The notes beneath the pieces are model-generated. The model saw only the letters and a program-made list of their open reading frames with translations, was not told the origin of the DNA and made no database searches. Positions 26,819 through 39,124 of a stretch of 64,000 nt of DNA are shown here, piece by piece (positions within the stretch are counted from its first letter, which is position 1; the number at the start of each line of letters is the position of its first letter). Made by a program: the position numbers and the translations under genes. Source of the DNA: Chrysomallon squamiferum (lineage: Eukaryota; Animalia; Mollusca). Location of the stretch: the NCBI GenBank assembly GCA_012295275.1, contig CM022673.1, positions 8,494,001 to 8,558,000 of the forward strand. The letters are read 5' to 3'.

Positions 26819-29059
26819 CTTCTTTATTTAATAATAATAATAATAATAATGATGATGATGATGATGGTGATGATAATAATATTACTACTTTTATTATTGT
26901 TATTATTTTTTTTTTTTATCAGTTTTATATTCTCTCCATGCTTAATGTTGTCAGTGACCTTACCTCTGTGACCAGAGGCTTGTTGATAGATTCATCACAA
27001 CTGTAGCATGTTATGACAAAGTGAGGATGGGTTTGTGTTGGTGTTTTCTCTCAGTGTTTTGTCTAGACAGGTCATCATAAACTACACATAATTATGTAGA
27101 TTATATCTGTGTAACAAAACAATTGAGAAAAAAACCCCGTAGATAACATCTGTATACAAAATAATGCTGATAAAATCTGTGTAAGGAAATATGTGAGTTG
27201 GGTATTATTATTATTACCTGTGTGTATGTGCACATTCAGTTTCTGGGAGTGTTATGCTCGTTTTTATTGATTTTTTTTCTTATGAGTTTATTTTAGTAGT
27301 CATACCTGAATCATTTAAGTATAATGAATGTCCACATTAATCGTTTGTTAGAAGGATTGCAAATATTAATTATTTACTGTTAGGAGTCTATTAATCATTC
27401 TTTAGTCACTAAGCATAACACATGCTATAGGGTAATTAACAAATGAAATAAATGTAACATGTAACTGATATGTAACTGATATATTGTTATATATATATAT
27501 ATATATACACACACTTATTTTGAATCTGAAAATTATAAATTTTATTTGTGGAATGGATTAATAATTTTGGATTTCTGTGATATTACTATTAAAGACCTTT
27601 GATGGGATTACCAATTCTCAGGTAAGTACAGATTTGTCCCTGTTAGAATGTACATCATATGTTGGGCATAGTATTGCTTGTGAATGGGTAGAAGAATTAA
27701 GTCATGTCTGAAAAGGGTAGTTTTCTGAATTGTAGAGGCTGAATATTTTTCATGCATGAGTGGATATAATTGTACAACGTCTAACTGTCAGTATTACACT
27801 GTGGGTGATATAGCCTGTTATTTACGTTGACCTAATTATTAAAATGATTAGTGTTGAACTGGGTGTGATCATTCACGTATGTATTGACGTATGAGGGATT
27901 AGCAGGTTATATATTATTATTTACAGGTAAATTAGTAACACCTGTCAGATTTCTACAGTAAATAATTACACCTGGTCAGGACTAACATGCTTTGTGAAAT
28001 CTGAAAGTAGCTACGTATGTACTTTATTTATTTTAAATATGATTATTTGTAGTTATTTAAATTTATATGTAGGTGTGTATGTATGTGTGTGTTTGAATGG
28101 ACAGACATCATATTCATGTATTTGTATAATTTTGTATAATTTTAGAAAAATGGTCGTTAAGTTTACTTTTTGTCGTGTATTTATTGTTACAACAGTAGTA
28201 TTAATATTACTGCTTCATGGTCAAAACAAGGAATCACTATTGATTTAAATGATTTTGTTATGTTTCTTTTTGAAGATTTTGTTTAAAAAATAAGGAAACA
28301 ATAATAAAAACAAAACAAGTTTAACTGTGTGCAAAGTTACAAAGGTTCTATAAAATGTTAACTGTTTATATAGTGATATATAAAATAAATAACAAATATC
28401 TGTGCTCCCAATGTTAATTCTTCTCCAGTTAATGAAGAAAATTGAACAGTTGTAATTTTTATAAACAAAAAAATATATCTGAATTATTTATTTATTCAAA
28501 ATGTTTTTAGTTGTTATATCTTAATAATAATTTTATAATTTTACTACAAGGAATTCATTGAATTTTTTAAATCATTATTTTTTTAACCATAATATATATT
28601 TATTTTTTTTTTTTATTTTATTATTAATAAAGACATTATTTCAGTCATTTGAAGAACAGTTGGCGAGTTAAATATATTTTGTCTTTATCATTTTTTTATT
28701 TTTTTTATCTCATGTTATCAAGTTTTTTTCTGAATGTACTTTCCTGTCAAACAAATAGAATATTGTGCTGCTTTTTATGCCTGACTGAATCATAATTAAG
28801 ATGTTGTCATTCATTGTGTTCTGTTCCACGACAGTGGACAACAAATACAGTCATGTGAAAAATCAAGTATTCTTTATTCAGACAGATTTCATCTTGTCTA
28901 AGTCTCGTCTGTGTGCATGTATATTTATTTTTCTATGTGTATTTGTACATATGTGTGTGTTTGTGTGTGTGTGTATGAATGTATGTATGTTAGCATATAT
29001 ATATATACACATATACATACACACACACACACACACACACACATATATTATAAATATAG

Positions 29060-29141
29060 GTGTGTGTGTGTGTGTGTGTGTGTAATTATGTCTGATGGTA
29101 AGTATATGAGCTATTACATGAAAAATGTTAAATATGTTTGT

Positions 29142-29192
<51 letters not shown>

Positions 29193-29239
29193 TATGTCTG
29201 ATGGTAAATATATGAGCTATTATATGAAAAATGTTAAGG

Positions 29240-29300
<61 letters not shown>
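29060..29300. repeat. Tandem duplication (106-bp period) of a unique core between (GT)n tracts
   Basis: aattatgtctgatggtaa(g/a)tatatgagctatta(c/t)atgaaaaatgttaa starts at 29084 and 29190, flanked by three (GT)n arrays. Confidence 0.9.
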
Positions 29301-29302
<2 letters not shown>

Positions 29303-30844
29303 GAATGGAGCAAAAAAACAAAAAAATTAAAAAATTGTTTAAATTCACTAGGGACATTCTCTGGTTTGTATAACAAAATGGATATTTCTAAAAATGTCTC
29401 TTCAGTTACACCACGGACATGAACAGTAGTGAGAATCGCTAAATACATATTTGCCTTTTGGAACTCTTAAAATAACCTGTCTCATTACTTGCTTAAAAGT
29501 CAGCTCTCTGTTTAAAGTCATTGAGTTTTAATCGCTTTAACTATTGATCAGAAAAAATTCACAAAAATATTTTAGTGCAAAGATGAAGATCTTCTAGCCC
29601 TCCACGTTGTAAGTTTGTAGCATTCTCGGCTGCCTGTTTGAACATCAGCAGACTTGTGCGAAGGACGATGTATTGATCTGCTCGTTGTTGTTGTTGTAGT
29701 TTATGTTCTGTGGCAGTGGGAACTCTCTCAGTATTGATCATAGTTCATCTGAAGATAAGAACATAACAAGATACATATGTATGTATTAACAGATTTGGTG
29801 GCAGCAGTGGGATTGCTACGTGTATACTTGAAGTCTGTGTATTTTATTCGTGTGTCACAAAAGCACTGCTGAATTTAAGGGTTAACAAACTGGTTGTATT
29901 TCTTGTGAGTATTAAAGTAACAGTACTTTATAGCTTGGTGAATGAGCTTGTAAATCAACCAGACATTACAAAGTTATGATGTATACATGTTTATATGTAT
30001 GTGTGTAGATGTATTTAGTTTCACAATGTAAAAACAAAAAAAAAGTTACAGAACTGTTTTCAACGCATAATAATGACTACATTAGCTTAGTCAGCATGTG
30101 AATGTCATAAAGTTGAAAAGGCTTTATTTGGATTGAATTTTTTTTGTTGAACCTGAACATTTGATCATCTGAAGTGTGTGGGTGCATAACTAATATGACT
30201 TAACTCCAGTGATTCAAGCTAGCCAGGTTGTGACTAAGTTCATCTTGCGGTATATTCATATTTATGTCTTTACTCCAGCACTATGCATGATAGGTATTCT
30301 GATTGTTGGCCTGTCTTTGCATTATTCACATTAACAGAAATGTTGTTGATATTTTCTGTCATTCGTAATCATTAAAAAAGAAAAAAAGAAAAAGAAAAGT
30401 AAAACAGCTGTAAAAATCCAATACTCAGTATGTAAATACTAAAAAATAGGAATGAATTTCTTCTTTTTTTTTCTTCTTTTTTTCTTTCTGTCTAAATTTC
30501 TCTTTTATTAAAAAAAAATTCTTTTACATAAAAAAAAATTAAAAAAATATGTTTGCAAATCAAAGAGAAAGTGCAGATTATCAGTATTAATTTTTTTAAT
30601 TTTTTTTTCTTAAAGTTCTTTCCTGTTTGGGTATGTACAGATGGAAATGACAGATTTTTAACAACACTGCTCTTTAACCTAGTGATTATATTAGTGGAGG
30701 AGTTTAAAACTTCATTTATGTTTATACAAATCTGTGAATTATTTATTCACCCTCACAGTCAATCATTTGTTCAAAATTAATAAATTTGTTTTAATTTTAT
30801 TTATTCCAGACTGACATTTTAGCGACAAACTGACAAATCGGACA

Positions 30845-30931
30845 ATGTGTGCAAAGAAGAAGTAAATGTGTTTGCAGCAACTTGAAGCCTATTTGGACAA
30901 GATGAACACAAAACATTTGCCTTGTGCTTGA
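30845..30931 (+). promoter_or_regulatory. Two back-to-back uORFs in the TMEM198 5' UTR
   Basis: 30845-30865 MCAKKK* is immediately followed by 30866-30931 MCLQQLEAYLDKMNTKHLPCA*. Both lie inside the exon beginning at 30810 and are in frame with the main ATG at 30956. Confidence 0.6.
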
Positions 30932-30955
30932 ACAGAAAATATTGCTAATCCAAAA

Positions 30956-33450
30956 ATGTCCACTGAAGCTGTACCTACAACACCGCCTGCAGCCATTACA
31001 ACAGGCAACGTGACGTATGCAGTGCCAACATGGAATACAACACCATGGGACCCACAGCTGACAGATAGGTGTGAACACATCAGAACCGACTACAACATCG
31101 CCACAGCGGTCATTTGCGTTATGTGTTTCATATTCGGCATTCTCTACACCTTCTTTGGTAACAACAGATTTTTTTTTTTTTTGTGTTTTTTTTAAACATG
31201 TTTTTTGATATTACAGTTTTAAAAATATGTAGATAACAGGATGATGAAGACTGTGGTAATGAAACATTCATTAACAGTCTTTCCCTTCTCAGACCAGACC
31301 CACCAACCCAATTAGTTTAATACTTTTATCTTCCACAAATTAATCTTCGTCTAACCACATAATACACATACTTATTTCAACTCACTGAATAACGAATAAG
31401 ACAAGTATAAGACAAGATTTTAATAATTTATTAAACTGTAATTAGGTAATCGTTATCAGCATATATTTTTTTTTATTATTGGTTAATTATCTAACAGAAG
31501 ACTGTTATTTGCAGACAGTTGCTAAAAACCGTAAAATTAAGTTAAAAATATCTACAGACACTTTTTATTTAATTGTCCCAGCACTTAATATATATGCATA
31601 CCATTTTTATTTAATTATAACCAACATTAATTTTTATATTTTTTTCCAGGCTACAGGTTCTTCAAAGCTGTAATGTTCATGACTGGATTCATTTTTGGAT
31701 CGGTTCTTGTTTACATGATTTGCTTGGAGGAAGAAATTCTGCCACCAGAGGGCAATGCTGGTGTCGCTATTGGTGCTGGTATTCTGTGTGGACTAATTAC
31801 AATGCTGGTGCAGTACGTTGGACTCTTCCTCACAGGATTCCATCTTGGAGTTGCCATTGGTGCTGGTGTACTTATTGTACTGGAACAGTTCATGCACCCA
31901 ATGACCAAGTGGGTACCCATTGGTGTCCTAGTGGGAACTGGGATTTTCCTCGCCGTCCTTATTTTAAAACTACAGAAAAGTTTGACTATTCTTGGGACCA
32001 GTATTTTCGGTGGAGGCCTCATGGTAGCCTTTTTAGATTATTTCATAGAAAAATTTGTTATGGTCATCTATGTGTGGGACAGGATAAAGGGAGAGTACTC
32101 CGATCCAGTGTGTTGGTACAGTTGGATTATCTTGGGTTGCTGGCCCTTCTGTTTTGTTGTTGGATCTGTGACTCAGTGGAGAATAACTGGACAGGGAATT
32201 GATCACAGAGAAGGTAAAATGTTACAGAAACACATTTTTATTATTATACCATGTTTTATTTTTTTATCTGTACGCTTTATTTTATTATGTCAGTTTCTTC
32301 GTAACATTTATTTTTTATGTTTATAATAATGAAGCTGCATTTTTTTTATCCTCATAACAATAATAGTTTTATCATTTATATCTTTTTCGATGCAGTCATT
32401 TTTATGATTATTATTATTTTTATTTTATTTTATTTTATTTTTTTTTACACACACAATATACAGTTATAAAAGTACTTTATTTAGATTTCTTTGTGGTTTT
32501 GTTTTTTTCAGTATTACATGGCAACAGAACTAAACACGTGAATCTGAAACGTTTGCGAATGAGAGAGCGGAGAGATGCTCAGCACTCACGATATCGTCAC
32601 CTGTATCAAGTGAGGCGTGTCAACGGTGACGTAATAGCACAGGTGAGTTTGATTCGTGCATTTCATGTTTTAAAAAAACCAGAAATAAATAAATATTTTA
32701 AAATCTCTTGACGTTTTTTAAAAATGAAAATAATTGTTGTAGTATATAAATTCATATATAGGTGCATTAGTATTTTTCTTAAGACACATAACAAATGTAT
32801 TTTATATATAACCAGTATAATGATAAATCTCATGTTGGTGTCAGTGTTACTGAATGGTTTGTTTTTACACATCCTTTGTGTAATATAGATAGTTTAATCA
32901 GTATTGTTGTGTAACTATTGCTAAGACTGCTGAAGAAGAAAGGAACAAATGTTTTAGAAGAGAAAAGCAATATCTGTTTCCATATTTCAGAACCTGACAG
33001 TTAACCATTTTTAAAGTTTTATTAATAAATCTTTAGTAATAAATCAATCAATAAATAAATAAAATATTAAATAAATCAATCAATAAATAAATAAAATATT
33101 AAATAAATAGAAGATATTTTAAAATAAGTTTGTAAAATAATAATAACAATAAAAAGGTATTTTAAAACTTTCATCAGTTTTTATTAAGTACTAGTATACA
33201 TTTCAAAATTCTAAAAATTTATTACAAGAATCACTTTCTCAGTTCGTTCTCATTTTGATACTGCATAAATAAACACCAATACAAACAAGTATATCTGATG
33301 TATTGCCCTACTGACTGATGTAACTGTTTTTTTTTTCAGAGCTACATTCACAGCGTACAACACAAACTTTCCCCTGCATTGCGCAGCCTCACATCACCAC
33401 AGTCCACTGACCTCGAAAGTGCCAACACCACTCTGACACAGGTGCCTTGA
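30956..33450 (+). CDS. TMEM198: Transmembrane protein 198, 335 aa, 4 coding exons
   Basis: Coding exons 30956-31157, 31650-32213, 32512-32642, 33340-33450 (TGA) total 1008 nt. The first coding exon has its acceptor at 30809/30810. Motifs CFIFGILYTFFGYRFFKAVMFMTGFIFGS, GILCGLITMLVQYVGLFLTG, DYFIE, CWYSWIILG, QWRITGQG and YRHLYQVRRVNGDVIAQSYI are characteristic of TMEM198. Confidence 0.94.
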
Positions 33451-33481
33451 TTCACTTTATGCAATCACGGAGGCAACAACT

Positions 33482-33512
<31 letters not shown>

Positions 33513-34192
33513 TAACATCCCACAGGATGAACGACACTTTATTTCACAAAGGGATGGTGTTACGTTTGCGTTATTGAAGAATGATTTGACAACCTACTCA
33601 GGCCCATTAAAAAGATTTAAAAAAAATAATAATAATAATAATTATAATAAAAGAGGAAAAGGAAAATGCAAGCTTACATATCATTTGTGGCATTAAGTCC
33701 ATGTCATTTTTTTTTTTTTTTTTCCATTATCCAACATAGACAGAGAGAATGCTAAACTCCAAGTAAGCTGTAGATTTTATTATTATTTTATTTGGGGCTT
33801 TGGCACAGGATGAAAGTCTTGATGATGCTGGTTGAGATGATTAAATGATTATTTCATTAACCATTCACTGTAAAAGATGAAACAGAGGACTGTCTGTCTC
33901 AATTGTGGTTGTGTAATGGTTCACTTCACAGATTATCTTGGTGTGCATTCATTAATCATTAATAGCTGACAATGATACCTACACATACACGTGTGTGTGT
34001 GTATGTTTATAATATACACTGAGTATCCCCAAAATCAGAACCTATGACTAAAATATTTAGTATCAAGTATTTACCGAGATAATTGAATTAACTGTTAATT
34101 ATTATGCATAAACCTTTTGGTTTTATTAAAAATGATTATTTGATGCAGATTGTTATCAATATTGCGATATTATTATGGAAATTAAAAAAAAA

Positions 34193-34226
<34 letters not shown>

Positions 34227-34725
34227 TAAAATAAAATAAATTTAAAAAATAAATAATAAAAATAAATAAATAAATTAAAAATAAATGAATTTGCATTATT
34301 CATGCTTTCAGGTACTGTGTCTACAGTTTATAAGAGATAAATCAGTGATACTGTGAGATAGTTACTGCATACATTTTATCAGACATTTCATATCATCTCT
34401 GCGTACCGCTTACTGTAGAATTATACAAATTTACTTGTACATACATTTAAGCAAAAGTAATAATGTCACTTTGTTTTTGCTGGTGTTTTTTTGTTTGTTT
34501 CTTTGTTTTGTTAGGATTTTTTAATGTAAAATTAGTTGGTTGTGTTGATTCTACAGAATACAAGAGCTGAATTTCAGAAAGAACATAAATGTTAAGTATT
34601 AATTTCGTATGACCATGTACTTTATTAGTGATTTCTTTATCTAAAAAAAAAATAATCATTAAAATCATTTTATTTATTATTGATAAAGAAAAGGACATTT
34701 ATTAGAGTTACTGATTTTTATTTTA

Positions 34726-34756
<31 letters not shown>

Positions 34757-35988
34757 AGTATATTAATTGAAATCCAAGGTTATCTTCAAAGTATGGTGAA
34801 TGTAATTAAACAATTTTAAAGTTTTATACAGAACTTCATTAATATTAGATAATTATAATGTTGTTGTAAACATTTTCAGAAATGTTTTTTTTATTTCAAT
34901 AATGAGAATCATAATGGTTAATATTAGTTTTACATGACAGTAGAATCCTATACCACCTTGTCAAGGAATAGTGTTAACATTGTTTTATTGTAACAGGTTA
35001 TTTTAAATGTGTATAAGTTATTATATTTTGCATGGGCAACAGATTTGTTATATTTACTAATTTTTTTTTTTTTTTCTTCCCGTCTTTGCTAAACATTTAA
35101 ATATAGATATATTCAGTTATTGTCAAAGTAAGAATGCCCTTAATCATGCTTATTATAAATCATACTTTATTTATTGTTTTTGTTTTTATTAATTTATTTT
35201 ATTTATTTATTTATTTATTCATTCATTTATTTATTATAGCTTTATGTAATTAATTTATTATTTGTGTATTTGTTTGGTAGGTGAAAGGAGTGAGTTGAAG
35301 GCACTTGAATTCTAACTCACTGTATCTTTGTATCAAGATTCATGTACATATGTATATGTGTATAATATCAGCAGTATTTTCTACTGTTTTTGTACTTAAT
35401 TTCATTTCATAGGTGCTTAAAAAAATCATATCTTAGATCCAGCTCAAATTAATGATATAGACGGAATATTTGTGTTATTTTCAAAGGTTTTACTTTTAGC
35501 TTGCTGTTTGCCTAGTTTGGATTCAGAATGACAAATGTGCTTGAACTATTTTGCACCTCTTTTTATAACAAAAATGGCCCATTTAATATGGATATTAAAA
35601 AATGGACCAAGTTTTATTTAAACATAAGCAGTGATTTATTTTATGGTGTAATGCATGTGTATTTTTTTGTGTTTTTTTGTTTTGTTTTTTTTTTTTTTTT
35701 CTTAAAGGAATGTTACTGTGATAAATTTTTTGAATTTGTTTTTGTTTTGATTGTGTGAATCTTTTTATTTTTCTTGTCATTTCAATTGCATTTTTTGTAA
35801 AAAATTTCTTAATTTATGTTTTTATATTTTGTGCCATTTATGTGTTTATCATTGCTGTACAGTATTTTCAGTACAGAGGCATTTGTAACTACTGCTTAGC
35901 AAGTAGATAAGTAATACAATCATTCATAGCAATTTATATTTAATAATTTATACTGACAGTATAGCTTGATGTTGCTGATAGTTTATGT

Positions 35989-36029
<41 letters not shown>

Positions 36030-38339
36030 CTTTTAGATGTGCTAATTTTTATACTTATTTATCATATTTTATATAATAATTTTGTTTTAATTTGATAAAT
36101 CATTTTTAAGACCAGGGAAAAAAAGATTTTTCTAAAATTGTTAATCTTAAAATAATCGTTCCTTCATTTTATGTGATGGTTATTAATTTTAAAAAATATG
36201 CAAGGTCAAGAAATATGTTCTTTTCACTTTTTTTAAAATAGATATATTTAACATTTGTGATTGTGCATTCTGGGTTTTACATTTTATATCCATGATTCAT
36301 AAGTTATTTATATCTACTCACATTTTGATCTCATAACTTTAGTAGTTTTTAATTCATTATAGAAATAAAATTTATATCGGTGTTTACTGTAATTATGATC
36401 CAGTTTAAGAACCTTATTACTATTCATCTTTTTTAAAACTCTACTTGCGACTTAAAGATTGACCTTCCTGATAATTTACAAACCATTCCAGAATTAGTTA
36501 TATCATTGTAGAGTTCATACATACATATATTGATCGATAAGCACATGTAAACTGGATATATTATTCCCCAATTCTGATGTTAGCCATAACCTACTTAAAA
36601 TCTATCACTGAAATCATGTTTTGTAGAAAAAACAATTTGAATATTTACATTCTAATTAATCTTTGATTTTATTAAATGTTCCTAGCAGTGTTACTGATAA
36701 AAAATTATAATAATTTCAGATTAGAAAATGTGGAATTAGCAGTTATTTTGAACCATAATGAAGCAATACTGTCAAGTTTTGTTTACTTAAATATTAGGAG
36801 TTAACGTTTATGAGTTGCATAGTTTCCATATTTCAAAATAATTTTGTGTTTCTGATCTGCTATTTTAAATAAGTGTTGTAGAAACAGATTTGAACTTTGT
36901 TACAACATTATTACATTTACATTTTGTTATTTCAGTTTAATTGTAACTGTTACATAGGGCAGATAAGTTACATATAGAAAAAAACATAAAATTTTATTTT
37001 TATATGTTTTATTAGACTATTTCAGAATTTGATTAAGAAGATTTAATCATGGGTAAAAGAATACCAATATGATTATTTCTTTTCAAATTAAAATTTATTT
37101 TTCTTATTTGTATTAGTTTTTAATTATGTTTTACAAAACTGCAGGTTGTGATGCAAAAACACTGAAATTATACAACTTAAATATTAATTATTTGCAGACC
37201 CAAACTTTGTGTTTAAAGAAAATTTCTGTGCTGCAATTTGAATATCCACAAAACAGTACTTTTGGTACCAATTGTGGACTATCCTTTTAATTTTTTATTA
37301 ATTTTTTTTCACTGTGTTATAAAATACATGGTTGTTTTAAGATAATGTGATAATTAGAGAAAATGATTAATAAATTTAATTCTGTAGCCATTTATTTTTA
37401 TAGGTCAGGTGCTTTATTGTTTTTTAGAATTAGATTCCTGTTTTACTTCACAGTTTATCATAAAATGGGAAATTTTTCTGAATTTTTAGTGAATGTAAAA
37501 ATCATAAAAATTTTGATTTAGTGACACCACTGAAGGGTAAAGTGTGTTAAATGAAACTATTGTGTTTATATCACAAAAATCATGTCGAAATTTGAATTAG
37601 TAATTCACATATTGTTACCTTTGTTACCTGCTGTTAGACACTGTCACATCTTGTGAGTAATTCCATTGTTACTGTTTGCATGTCAAGATAATGTTTGCTT
37701 CTTGAAATTATTAATAAAAATATGTAAAATAAAATGTCATTTTATTTTGTTTCATTTGTTGTGCTTTGACTCTCTCCTCTCTCCATGAAAACATAACTAC
37801 TCGATAATCACAAAATATCTTGTAATAAAAAAAAAAAAATAAAAAAAAAATTAATTAATTAAATAAACAACATTTTAAAATAATGATTTAGGAAGAAAAT
37901 TTTAAAGATCTGTATTTTGCAGAGTAAACAAATTTGAAATGGAAATTAATAAATGAGTCAAATGTTTTCAAGGAAATAATCATAAAATACTTAGCTACTG
38001 TTTCCTTTACCTATTTCAAAATTAAAATGCTGTTTGGAAAAATAAAAATATGTAATGGAGATGAAACATTTTGAATCTGAATATTTTAAAATTAAATTAA
38101 ATGGTTACATAAGAAAAGGCATTCTTTATGGATTAAATATAAACAATAATAAATTAAAATAATTAAAATGAATAAATTAAAAATGAATAAATAAAAATTT
38201 CAATTAATTTATAAAATACAAATGAAAAATCAACATTCAAAAGTTTTTAAGGGTTCAGATATTGTGTCAGTATTGTATACACTTTTGTATTTATGCTTTA
38301 TTTATTTACAAAAAGCATCTGCACATTTATAATTAGAGA

Positions 38340-38603
38340 CTAATTGTTTACATTAAGCATATATTAATCGAAATATAAACCTGTACACTAAGCAAACTTT
38401 ACTGAATTAATTTGTCAAGGTAAGCCATATATGTAACCAAGTTACTGAAACAAGCATTTACAATAACAAACAATGTAATTTTATAATAATCATAATATAA
38501 CCATGTAATTTTATAAAAATACATTTTTCATTAACATGATTTTATGACCAAAAAAGAAAATAATAATAAATAAATTAATAACAATAATAATAATAATAAT
38601 AAT

Positions 38604-38637
<34 letters not shown>

Positions 38638-39071
38638 TAATTTGCAAAAACATTATTATTTTTATAAGTTAATTAAATAATAATAATATGATTAATAATA
38701 TATTTTTTAAAATAATTTAACATCAGTTATAAAATTATTGCCTTACATATTTTTGACTTTATGTATAATATATTTTATCAAAATAGCATTTTTCTAGAAA
38801 TATACAAATTAAAGAATGTCACGTCACAGAGTTATTTCCCTTTATTATCTTTGTTTTATGCAGTTTAGTTGTCATAGCCGGGAAATAAATATTTTTCATA
38901 TCTTTGTCTGCTATTATCAATAATATAATTTATTTATTCTTCTTCAATATTTTAGTGCTTATTCATAAATTATTTTTATATATATAAATGTAGTGAAAAT
39001 AGCAAAACGATCGTTATTTGTGTTTTAATAATAAATAAAAATAAATAAATAAATAAATCATCATCATCACC

Positions 39072-39124
<53 letters not shown>

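Noticed and set aside
30923-30931. TGT GCT TGA as a possible selenocysteine context
   Set aside because: No SECIS recognised downstream, and TMEM198 is not a known selenoprotein family.
31247-31283. Hairpin aagactgt-gg-taatgaa-aca-ttcatta-acagtctt next to an ATGATGA
   Set aside because: Too short for a pre-miRNA, and no suitably placed D box for a snoRNA. AT-rich chance pairing is plausible.
31711-32202. 103-aa minus-strand and 160-aa shifted-frame ORFs over TMEM198 exon 2
   Set aside because: Shadow ORFs of a relatively GC-rich exon, with no recognisable homology or independent splice support.
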